Shown here one piece after another: positions 50,513-57,051 of a DNA stretch of 64,000 nucleotides; position 1 is the stretch's first letter; the number at the start of each line of letters is the position of its first letter. Below the pieces are notes generated by a model, which saw only the letters and a list, made by a program, of their open reading frames with translations, was not told the origin of the DNA and ran no database searches. A program made the position numbers and the translations under genes. Origin of the DNA: a virus (lineage: Duplodnaviria; Heunggongvirae; Uroviricota; Caudoviricetes). The stretch lies in IMG/VR virus record IMGVR_UViG_3300045988_010208. One strand, 5' to 3'.

Positions 50513-50714
50513 AAAGACACGGAAAATTATCCGGTCAGCAGTATCCATTGGAAGAAATGAAGTGATTCCTTTTACAGCAAATGATGTGATAATCTACAGG
50601 AAAAAATTAACATTCAGTTATTGCTTACGTGGCTTTATCTCCCAGCCATTGGAAGACTTTAAAAGTCGTTGTGGTAAAGGTATCATCATTCAAGAGGCAA
50701 TTATCAATGGCTGA
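50487..50714 (+). CDS. hypothetical protein
   Basis: 75-aa ORF. Confidence 0.3.
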   Translation: MKVILARDKKTRKIIRSAVSIGRNEVIPFTANDVIIYRKKLTFSYCLRGFISQPLEDFKSRCGKGIIIQEAIING

Positions 50715-50907
50715 CTTCTGCAAAGACTGTTCCATCGAAATGTTCGGACGTGATACAGGTGACTTAAAAGGTCTCATCACTGAAGATGACTTTAAAGCTG
50801 GCTATGCAATGCCAGTAATCTGTGAAGGTTGTGGGTGTATCTGGGTAGACCACGAAGGGCAACGTGTAAAACCTTCAGAAGATAAAGAATCTTGGGAGAG
50901 ATGTTAA
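50707..50907 (+). CDS. small Cys-rich protein
   Basis: ORF 50629-50907 trimmed to internal ATG overlapping the upstream stop; CKDC...CEGCGC cysteine clusters. Confidence 0.35.
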   Translation: MADFCKDCSIEMFGRDTGDLKGLITEDDFKAGYAMPVICEGCGCIWVDHEGQRVKPSEDKESWERC

Positions 50908-51693
50908 ATGGGTATTGTAAAAATTATCAATGGCGATATCTTTGACGCATTTGATAAAGGTAAGTTTGACATCATTGGTCATGGTTGCAACTGTATGAAT
51001 TTCATGGGTGCAGGTATTGCAGCAACTATTTCTAAGCGTTATCCAAAAGTGTATGATACTGATACAGAAGTTTACCTGTTTGCAGGTGGCATTCGTCACA
51101 AACCCTGTGAAAATTTACTAGGCAATTTCTCTGTAGCACGTTTAAAACAAGGTCGTATAGCTAACCTTTACACCCAACTTCATACTGGTAAAGATGCCCG
51201 ATACAGTGCTTTAGAGTCATCTTTGAAACAGCTTAACAGATACTGTGAAGTTAACCAGTTGAAGAAAGTTGGCCTGCCTATGATTGGTGCAGGTATCGGT
51301 GGACTTGACCCTCAAGCTGTCACAGTTATCATCAATCAGGTGATGAAGAGCGTAGATGTTTACCTGTATGTCTACGAGGCAGAGATGTACAACAAGTTAC
51401 ACTCAGGTTGGAAGAACTACTGTGAACCAGAATACTTTGCGGGTGTAGTAGTGTTCACAGACAACACAGTTACCCTCTTCAGACGAAGAAAAGGTAAGAT
51501 ACATCAAAGTAACCCTCCGGTTGAAAAGATGTCTCTAAGTAACGCTCTAGTTACCCACCTGTCGAAGAGCAATCACAGAATTGCAGTAACATTTGGCAGT
51601 GATGCAGATACATATATCTATGCAAGAACTGATGAGGATGTTGAGGAAATTTTCTCTTCACCAGAAGTTACCTTCTTAGACGCAAAGAACTAA
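50908..51693 (+). CDS. macro-domain-like protein (putative ADP-ribose binding/processing)
   Basis: 261 aa; N-terminal IINGDIF...IIGHGCNCMNFMGAGIAATISKRYP pattern typical of macro/Appr-1-p-type domains; C-terminal 100 aa unassigned. Confidence 0.5.
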   Translation: MGIVKIINGDIFDAFDKGKFDIIGHGCNCMNFMGAGIAATISKRYPKVYDTDTEVYLFAGGIRHKPCENLLGNFSVARLKQGRIANLYTQLHTGKDARYSALESSLKQLNRYCEVNQLKKVGLPMIGAGIGGLDPQAVTVIINQVMKSVDVYLYVYEAEMYNKLHSGWKNYCEPEYFAGVVVFTDNTVTLFRRRKGKIHQSNPPVEKMSLSNALVTHLSKSNHRIAVTFGSDADTYIYARTDEDVEEIFSSPEVTFLDAKN

Positions 51694-51724
51694 GAAACTC
51701 TGTAGAATATTCACAATAGATTAA

Positions 51725-51768
51725 GCCTTTCTTATCTGGTAAATTTTTCAGGTAAGGAGGGCTTTTTT
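51725..51768 (+). terminator. terminator-like hairpin
   Basis: GCCUUUCUU ... AAGGAGGGC stem (two G-U pairs, long loop) followed by UUUUUU. Confidence 0.4.
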
Positions 51769-51775
51769 ATTTCAG

Positions 51776-51945
51776 AATTGTGCAGGTAGAGTTCTGTAGA
51801 GAAATCTGTAGAGAGAATTTTGAACTCCAAAGGGAAAATCCATTTTCAAGTTGTGCAGGTAATCTCCAAAGAGCTTTTTCATTTTCAAAACGTGCAGAGA
51901 AAAATCAGGTCGGGCAAGAAAAATCATTTTAGAATTGTGCAGGTA
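51776..51945 (+). promoter_or_regulatory. four spaced copies of motif AAAATC-ATTTTCA-RAATTGTGCAGGTA
   Basis: Copies near 51776-51788, 51849-51861, 51889-51900 (degenerate) and 51933-51945, in an ORF-free 420-bp region between the macro-domain gene and the small-gene array. Confidence 0.5.
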
Positions 51946-52121
51946 GGTGGGTGTAGGTGGGGATGTCACCATTTCTCACAAGGCTACCACATCCGAAAAG
52001 AAAAGTCAACAGAAAAATTTGTAGCGGATTGAAAAATAATTCTTGATTTGTGTTCTGTTTTGTGGTATTCGCGCGCACCCGTTTCATTGCATTTTTGCCA
52101 AAAATATTTTTAAAATTTTTC

Positions 52122-52180
52122 TTGACTATTCGAACGGGGTTATCTAGTATTTGCATCAACGGGGAGGAAATGACTTCCCC
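52122..52180 (+). promoter_or_regulatory. type-1 promoter-stem-loop cassette (copy 1)
   Basis: TTGACT -17 nt- TAGTAT, then hairpin GGGGAGG-AAATGA-CTTCCCC at the predicted transcript 5' end, then conserved leader to ATG 52214; AT-rich UP-like tract upstream. Confidence 0.65.
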
Positions 52181-52213
52181 ACTAAATAAACCCTTAAACT
52201 AGGAGATTCTAAA

Positions 52214-52597
52214 ATGGCATATCGTGCACCTAAATTCATCAATAAAGACAATTTCCGCAATGCACTGGAAAAATCACTTGATGAGAATTTTACAGGTCAG
52301 GTTATTGTTGTACACGCATTCAATTTTAAATATGACGTAAATGGTAACAGGATTAACCATTACACGGCAACCATGTTAGACGGTACTCTGTCAAGTGAAA
52401 AAGCCGTACTGAATGCACTTGCTGGACGTGGTAAAAACCTGATAAAATGCAATAAGAGACGTTATCAGGGCGGCGCATATGGTTACGATGATGCTGTTTA
52501 TCATCTTGAGAATATGGGCTATTCAGTGGAAAAAGCTGGAGTGTCTCAAATAATCGGTAGTGATGGTTATGTAACAATCTTCAAAATTAACGAATAA
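52214..52597 (+). CDS. hypothetical early protein
   Basis: 127-aa ORF with AGGAG RBS, preceded by a type-1 cassette. Confidence 0.5.
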   Translation: MAYRAPKFINKDNFRNALEKSLDENFTGQVIVVHAFNFKYDVNGNRINHYTATMLDGTLSSEKAVLNALAGRGKNLIKCNKRRYQGGAYGYDDAVYHLENMGYSVEKAGVSQIIGSDGYVTIFKINE

Positions 52598-52602
52598 AGT
52601 AC

Positions 52603-52638
52603 TTTACAAGGGGCTTATAGTTCGATAAAGTAAGCCCC
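52603..52638 (+). promoter_or_regulatory. type-2 stem-loop cassette (copy 1)
   Basis: TTTACA then hairpin GGGGCTTA-N13-TAAGCCCC, then conserved leader AGATAAAGAGCTTTACCACTAAATCCTAAA. Confidence 0.55.
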
Positions 52639-52683
52639 AGATAAAGAGCTTTACCACTAAATCCTAAATTGGAGAACTTAAAA

Positions 52684-52941
52684 ATGGCTATTATCAAAAA
52701 CGTTGTAATTCCTGCAAAAACTCGTGATGACGCTCGCGTTATGGCTAAAAAGTTATGCGGGAAAGTGGTTGACAACGGAAAACAATCTAATGTAAGGTGG
52801 GGCGTGAAGGCTGATAAACATTTAACCTTAAAACGCAGTTCAAATAACCTTTTTAAAGGTGTAAAAACACTCGGTAAAGTGAACGTATTCACTAAACAAG
52901 GTTACAAAATGCACTTATCATTAACTGGCAATTTAACCTGA
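52684..52941 (+). CDS. hypothetical early protein
   Basis: ORF-track start at 52669 is a TTG codon; ATG at 52684 (MAIIKNVV..) has a GGAG RBS at correct spacing; 85 aa. Confidence 0.5.
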   Translation: MAIIKNVVIPAKTRDDARVMAKKLCGKVVDNGKQSNVRWGVKADKHLTLKRSSNNLFKGVKTLGKVNVFTKQGYKMHLSLTGNLT

Positions 52942-52949
52942 TAAAGTAC

Positions 52950-52985
52950 TTTACAAGGGGCTTAAAAGTTGATATCTTAAGCCCC
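52950..52985 (+). promoter_or_regulatory. type-2 stem-loop cassette (copy 2)
   Basis: TTTACA + hairpin GGGGCTTAA-N11-TTAAGCCCC + conserved leader up to ATG 53030. Confidence 0.55.
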
Positions 52986-53029
52986 AGATAAAGAGCTTTA
53001 CCACTAAATCCTAAACTGGAGATTCAAAA

Positions 53030-53542
53030 ATGAAAACTGTAGACGCTACCTTTGAAGTTGTAAAAGAAAAATTCACCGTTATCTATGAAGCGGTAAATTG
53101 CTACGAAGCAAGCCATAATCTTGATAATTGGAAGTTTACAGATGACCATCAAGGCGGCGTGACTATTAAAAACCCTAACTGTCAGCGTAACGATTTTAAA
53201 TATGCAATCCCTTTAAATTATAGCCTTAAACAACTTTCTAGTGACTATGCAAAACAAGGCCGGGAAAACCCATCAAAACAGGCTTACATCAGCTTACAGA
53301 AAGAACTAGAAAGAGATTTAGAAGCTTCAGAATACAACCTTGCCGCGAAAGTTATCGATGCAAATGGTCAAACAATTTTAGACAGTTTTTATCTAGGATA
53401 TGCCTTTGATTGGTGCTATAGTGACGGTGATGATTTAGAGGATAGACTAAAAGAAGAGGTGAGTAATTCAGACGCAGAAACTGAAGTATTAGAACGTTTG
53501 GAATCATTAAAAGACTCAGTGATGAATATCTTTAAGAACTAA
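53030..53542 (+). CDS. hypothetical early protein (acidic)
   Basis: 170-aa ORF after a type-2 cassette. Confidence 0.5.
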   Translation: MKTVDATFEVVKEKFTVIYEAVNCYEASHNLDNWKFTDDHQGGVTIKNPNCQRNDFKYAIPLNYSLKQLSSDYAKQGRENPSKQAYISLQKELERDLEASEYNLAAKVIDANGQTILDSFYLGYAFDWCYSDGDDLEDRLKEEVSNSDAETEVLERLESLKDSVMNIFKN

Positions 53543-53551
53543 ATAGATTTC

Positions 53552-53586
53552 TTTACACGGGGTTATCAAGCTGATAAGATAGCCCC
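53552..53586 (+). promoter_or_regulatory. type-2 stem-loop cassette (copy 3, stem with compensatory change)
   Basis: TTTACA + hairpin GGGGTTATC-N10-GATAGCCCC (U-G replaces C-G of other copies) + leader to ATG 53631. Confidence 0.55.
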
Positions 53587-53630
53587 AGATAAAGAGCTTT
53601 ACTAACAACCTTAAACTAGGAGATTCTAAA

Positions 53631-53927
53631 ATGAAATTATCAAATAAAGTCCGTGAAAATCTAAGCAAGTTACTTAACAAAATTGATTTTATTGAGACAT
53701 CAAGGAATAGTCATGATGTTATGGAATGGTTACACGGAAAAATAAAAGGCCGTCGTGTAGTGATTTGCTTATGGAATAGTTGCAGGGAGTATAAAAAACC
53801 TGTATTGCAGGTCAATATTTATGATGATACTTTTAAAAGCCCTGTAAAGTCTAAAAGCGATTTATTAGAATCTTATGAGATAACTGTAAGTGGCAAAGTA
53901 TCACGTAAAGAGGAAACACCATGTTAA
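53631..53927 (+). CDS. hypothetical early protein
   Basis: 98-aa ORF after a type-2 cassette. Confidence 0.5.
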   Translation: MKLSNKVRENLSKLLNKIDFIETSRNSHDVMEWLHGKIKGRRVVICLWNSCREYKKPVLQVNIYDDTFKSPVKSKSDLLESYEITVSGKVSRKEETPC

Positions 53928-54253
53928 TGACTGGCATCACTGCAATCATTGCCATTCTCGCGCTTTATAAGGCATATAAAGCCTATAATCTAGCAAATAA
54001 GGCAATCACACAGCAGGTTAGCAATAACCTTGTAGAAAGCTTTCTAGGGCGCCTCAGTGATGAGCAAATAAAGCGGCTAGAGATGAGCTTCAGATATAAA
54101 GCGAAAACCTATCAGATAAGTGACATCTTCAAAGATGATTTTCAGTTAGTCGATGATTATAATTCACTGATAAATGCTTTAAATATCAGTGACTTGAAAG
54201 ACTATTACGCTGTAATTGTCCAAGAATTGAGCAAACGAAAACAAAGTGTTTGA
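53921..54253 (+). CDS. hypothetical early membrane protein
   Basis: 110 aa; N-terminal hydrophobic helix MLMTGITAIIAILALY; ATG overlaps upstream stop. Confidence 0.45.
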   Translation: MLMTGITAIIAILALYKAYKAYNLANKAITQQVSNNLVESFLGRLSDEQIKRLEMSFRYKAKTYQISDIFKDDFQLVDDYNSLINALNISDLKDYYAVIVQELSKRKQSV

Positions 54254-54309
54254 CACTGGTTTTTAGATAGATTAAATTACACATCAACGGGGAGGGAATG
54301 ACCTTCCCC
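54250..54309 (+). promoter_or_regulatory. type-1 promoter-stem-loop cassette (copy 2)
   Basis: TTGACA -17 nt- TAAATT, then hairpin GGGGAGGG-AATGA-CCTTCCCC, then leader to ATG 54345. Confidence 0.65.
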
Positions 54310-54344
54310 ACTAAGTAAAGTCCTTAAACTAGGAGATTCTAAAA

Positions 54345-54548
54345 ATGGCTATTATTAACGGCTTACACATTGAAGCTACACACATCAAAGATATTAAAGT
54401 TGGTGATGTAGTTCTCTTTCACGGCGTAGAAAAAACCGTCACGGCGAAAGATATCAAAGAGGATTCTTTCATGGGTAGGACTCTTTTCGGTGATTCTTAT
54501 TGCTTAGGTTACCTTGCAGTTTTAAAAGTTGTCAAAATTAACAAATAA
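54345..54548 (+). CDS. hypothetical early protein
   Basis: 67-aa ORF, AGGAG RBS. Confidence 0.5.
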   Translation: MAIINGLHIEATHIKDIKVGDVVLFHGVEKTVTAKDIKEDSFMGRTLFGDSYCLGYLAVLKVVKINK

Positions 54549-54553
54549 AGTAC

Positions 54554-54589
54554 TTTACAAGGGGCTTAAAAGTTGTTACCTTAAGCCCC
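54554..54589 (+). promoter_or_regulatory. type-2 stem-loop cassette (copy 4)
   Basis: TTTACA + hairpin GGGGCTTAA-N11-TTAAGCCCC + leader to ATG 54635. Confidence 0.55.
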
Positions 54590-54634
54590 AGATAAAGAGC
54601 TTTACCACTAAATCCTAAACTGGAGATTCAAAAA

Positions 54635-55177
54635 ATGAAATGCTTTCACGGTACTACTCAAGAAAACTTTATCAACCTGATTAATAATGGTGATAAGCCA
54701 TCAGGTGCATGGAATTGTTCGGATATGGATGGCAATTTTTACGTATACCCAGAAAATAAAATTTATGGTGACGATGAGGAAGAGATAGTATCCGAAGGTA
54801 TTCAACAGGCGTTAGGAAATGCCACTATCACGGCAGCTTTCCAGATGAAAACCCAAAACATTGTTATCTTGGAACTTGATATTCCAGAGGATGAATTAAA
54901 TGATGATTATTCTTGTGATAATATGTCTGGCGTAGCAAGTTTTACAGAATACTTCGATTTAAATTGGATTAAAAAGGTTTACGTAACCGAGTTTAATGCG
55001 ATGTTTTCGCCTTTTTGTCTTCCTTCATTGGATAACCCGAATTTAAACTATCTTGATGAGTCTCTGGAACTTCTTGCTAAAAGCGTTCAACAGTCGGACA
55101 GTATTCAGGTTTTTTGTGACATCATGGATACACTGGCAGGAAACATCGCAGAAGAGGATTTAAAGAGCTTTTTTTAA
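54635..55177 (+). CDS. hypothetical early protein (acidic)
   Basis: 180-aa ORF after a type-2 cassette. Confidence 0.5.
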   Translation: MKCFHGTTQENFINLINNGDKPSGAWNCSDMDGNFYVYPENKIYGDDEEEIVSEGIQQALGNATITAAFQMKTQNIVILELDIPEDELNDDYSCDNMSGVASFTEYFDLNWIKKVYVTEFNAMFSPFCLPSLDNPNLNYLDESLELLAKSVQQSDSIQVFCDIMDTLAGNIAEEDLKSFF

Positions 55178-55243
55178 AAACCTATGTAATCACCTTATAA
55201 ACACTAATCAGCCCCTTGTAGGGGCTTTTAGAGGACTTAAATC

Positions 55244-55477
55244 ATGCTTACAACCGTTTATCTCATCCTCTCAATTTGTAATGGTCATTCATGCGATTTT
55301 AAAGGGCTTGAAGAGTTTACAGGAAGTAAAGAAAATGCCATTCAGGTGTGCCAGATAGCAAGACAAGACTACCCCGCCAGTGACGACATTCAATGCTACT
55401 TTAAAACAGAAGATGACGACGGAATCTATTTCGACAGTGTTGATGGTCAATATGAAATTATCATTGAAAAAGACTAG
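55244..55477 (+). CDS. hypothetical early protein
   Basis: 77-aa ORF; upstream hairpin-like AGCCCCTTGTAGGGGCT. Confidence 0.45.
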   Translation: MLTTVYLILSICNGHSCDFKGLEEFTGSKENAIQVCQIARQDYPASDDIQCYFKTEDDDGIYFDSVDGQYEIIIEKD

Positions 55478-55534
55478 ACAAGCCTGATAAAAGTCTGTAA
55501 ATTGTCAATCAACGGGGAGGGAATGACCTTCCCC
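55475..55534 (+). promoter_or_regulatory. type-1 promoter-stem-loop cassette (copy 3)
   Basis: TAGACA (overlapping the stop of 55244-55477) -17 nt- TAAATT, then hairpin GGGGAGGG-AATGA-CCTTCCCC, leader to ATG 55569. Confidence 0.6.
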
Positions 55535-55568
55535 ACTACATAAAACCCTTAAACTAGGAGATTCAAAA

Positions 55569-55910
55569 ATGGCTTATGTAACCGTAATTACCGATAAAGC
55601 TGACTCATCTTGGTCAACTCAAGTAAGTGATAAGATGACACCTATGCAGTGCCTAAAATACTTTGAGCAATGGAATAAAGGCGAGGATGTAAGCCCCTTC
55701 CAAGTGATGCAGATTATCCATACAGATAACGAAGGGAAGAAAACAACTCTGAATAGTGAGTACTACGCAAGCCGTTTTGAAACGAGAAGTAAAACAATGA
55801 AGCTCTTACGTGAATCCGGTTATCCTCATATTGCCGCTCTAATCTGGGATGACCTGTTAAAAAGTCAGCGTATCAGCTATGTAAAACCTGAAAAAATATT
55901 CATCAGTTAA
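55569..55910 (+). CDS. hypothetical early protein
   Basis: 113-aa ORF after a type-1 cassette. Confidence 0.5.
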   Translation: MAYVTVITDKADSSWSTQVSDKMTPMQCLKYFEQWNKGEDVSPFQVMQIIHTDNEGKKTTLNSEYYASRFETRSKTMKLLRESGYPHIAALIWDDLLKSQRISYVKPEKIFIS

Positions 55911-56039
55911 TCAATAACTTATAAAAAACTTTTAAAAAAGTGTTGACAATACCTCTTGACATTGGTAACTTTGTTCGAGGGGGTTTATCTAAAAGGGATT
56001 CACTTAAAAGATTCTTTATAGATAAGCTTAAAAAATTGC

Positions 56040-56095
56040 TTGCAATCAGCTATCAAAACAAGTAAATTACTAATCAACGGGAGGGATAACCTCCC
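56040..56095 (+). promoter_or_regulatory. type-1 promoter-stem-loop cassette (copy 4, shortened stem)
   Basis: TTGCAA -17 nt- TAAATT, then hairpin GGGAGG-GATAA-CCTCCC (one base pair lost from both arms), leader to ATG 56130; extra TTGACA motifs at 55940-55980. Confidence 0.6.
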
Positions 56096-56129
56096 CACTA
56101 AATAAAATCCTTAAACTAGGAGAGTCAAA

Positions 56130-56660
56130 ATGAACAAGTTTAAAGCTATCAACTACATTCGTTCAAATGCTGTAATGTCTAAGCCTGTTAAAGACACATA
56201 TGAGTTCCGTTGTAATGGGGTACACTTTGCAACCATCACCAAATCAGAAAACGGGGCTTATTATGTACATCGTCGTAATGTTGCAACCGTTGTAGTCTCT
56301 CACTTTATGCAATCTGTAGCGGAACTATTGCCGTTATTCTTAGAAATTTATCTAGATGAGTGTAAAAACGTTCGTAACCACGTTAAAAACCTTTTAAACG
56401 GTTATAAAATGGCTTATGAACGTTCTATCAAGTCCTTAAACAAGTTCTATAAAGCCCCTGTAAATACTGTTTCAATGGCCTACAGTGTAAGCGGTGAGTT
56501 GGTTAGCCTCTTCGAAGTGGAAGAAATCGAACTCTATGACTCACGTCCTAGCGGTTACTCTAAGACTCTAGGAGAAGGTTTAACCTTCAATATCAAGAAC
56601 TTAGAAAAAACTTTAAAAGATATTGAAAAAGATATTGACGAAACAATCAAAAGTCTGTAA
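56130..56660 (+). CDS. hypothetical early protein
   Basis: 176-aa ORF; its last codons overlap the next cassette promoter. Confidence 0.5.
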   Translation: MNKFKAINYIRSNAVMSKPVKDTYEFRCNGVHFATITKSENGAYYVHRRNVATVVVSHFMQSVAELLPLFLEIYLDECKNVRNHVKNLLNGYKMAYERSIKSLNKFYKAPVNTVSMAYSVSGELVSLFEVEEIELYDSRPSGYSKTLGEGLTFNIKNLEKTLKDIEKDIDETIKSL

Positions 56661-56694
56661 ATTGTCAATCAACGGGGAGGGAATGACCTTCCCC
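56635..56694 (+). promoter_or_regulatory. type-1 promoter-stem-loop cassette (copy 5)
   Basis: TTGACG -17 nt- TAAATT (overlapping stop of 56130-56660), then hairpin GGGGAGGG-AATGA-CCTTCCCC, leader to ATG 56740. Confidence 0.6.
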
Positions 56695-56739
56695 ACTAAA
56701 TAAAACCATTAATCAACTTCCTAAACTGGAGATTCTAAA

Positions 56740-56988
56740 ATGGCTACTATCCGCGCAACTGTTAACGAATTTGGCTTCTACTCTCTGGACGTTAAATTTG
56801 ACCTTGTAGGTACTGATAACGCCTTTGAAATGGTGAAAGGCCTTATCAGCCAGACCATCAGTGACTACAACCCCTCTGATGAATTCTGGAAAGAAACAAA
56901 ACAGGAAGCTCTCAAAGAGGGTTATACATACCACTACTGGGGTGAAAAAATTGTCTCCCTGTACTACGACAAAGAAGGCACTAACTAA
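56740..56988 (+). CDS. hypothetical early protein
   Basis: 82-aa ORF, last gene of the plus-strand array. Confidence 0.5.
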   Translation: MATIRATVNEFGFYSLDVKFDLVGTDNAFEMVKGLISQTISDYNPSDEFWKETKQEALKEGYTYHYWGEKIVSLYYDKEGTN

Positions 56989-57025
56989 ACGCCGCAACGG
57001 GGCTAAATAGCCCCAGATACCTTAA

Positions 57026-57051
57026 CAGCCCCGTTTAAGGGGCTTTTTTAC
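57026..57051 (+). terminator. intrinsic terminator ending the plus-strand array
   Basis: AGCCCC-GUUUAA-GGGGCU hairpin followed by UUUUUU; preceded by a cassette-like GGGGCT-AAAT-AGCCCC remnant (56999-57014). Confidence 0.65.

Noticed and set aside
21485-51693. Lysogeny module (integrase, CI-like repressor, attachment site)
   Set aside because: No tyrosine/serine recombinase signature and no repressor/Cro-like divergent pair was found; gene content (own DNA polymerase, RNRs, rII, many homing endonucleases) indicates a virulent phage.
52669-52941. ORF-track start at 52669 for the second small early gene
   Set aside because: Position 52669 is a TTG codon only 5 nt into the conserved leader; the ATG at 52684 has the conserved GGAG at the proper distance and parallels the start position of the other cassette-driven genes.
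52161-56694. Type-1 GC-rich hairpins (GGGGAGGG..CCTTCCCC) as intrinsic terminators
   Set aside because: They are not followed by a U-tract on either strand and sit about 10 nt downstream of a -10 hexamer, so they are better read as 5'-terminal transcript stem-loops; genuine terminators in this window have the GGCUCC-UUCG-GGAGCC + U-run form.
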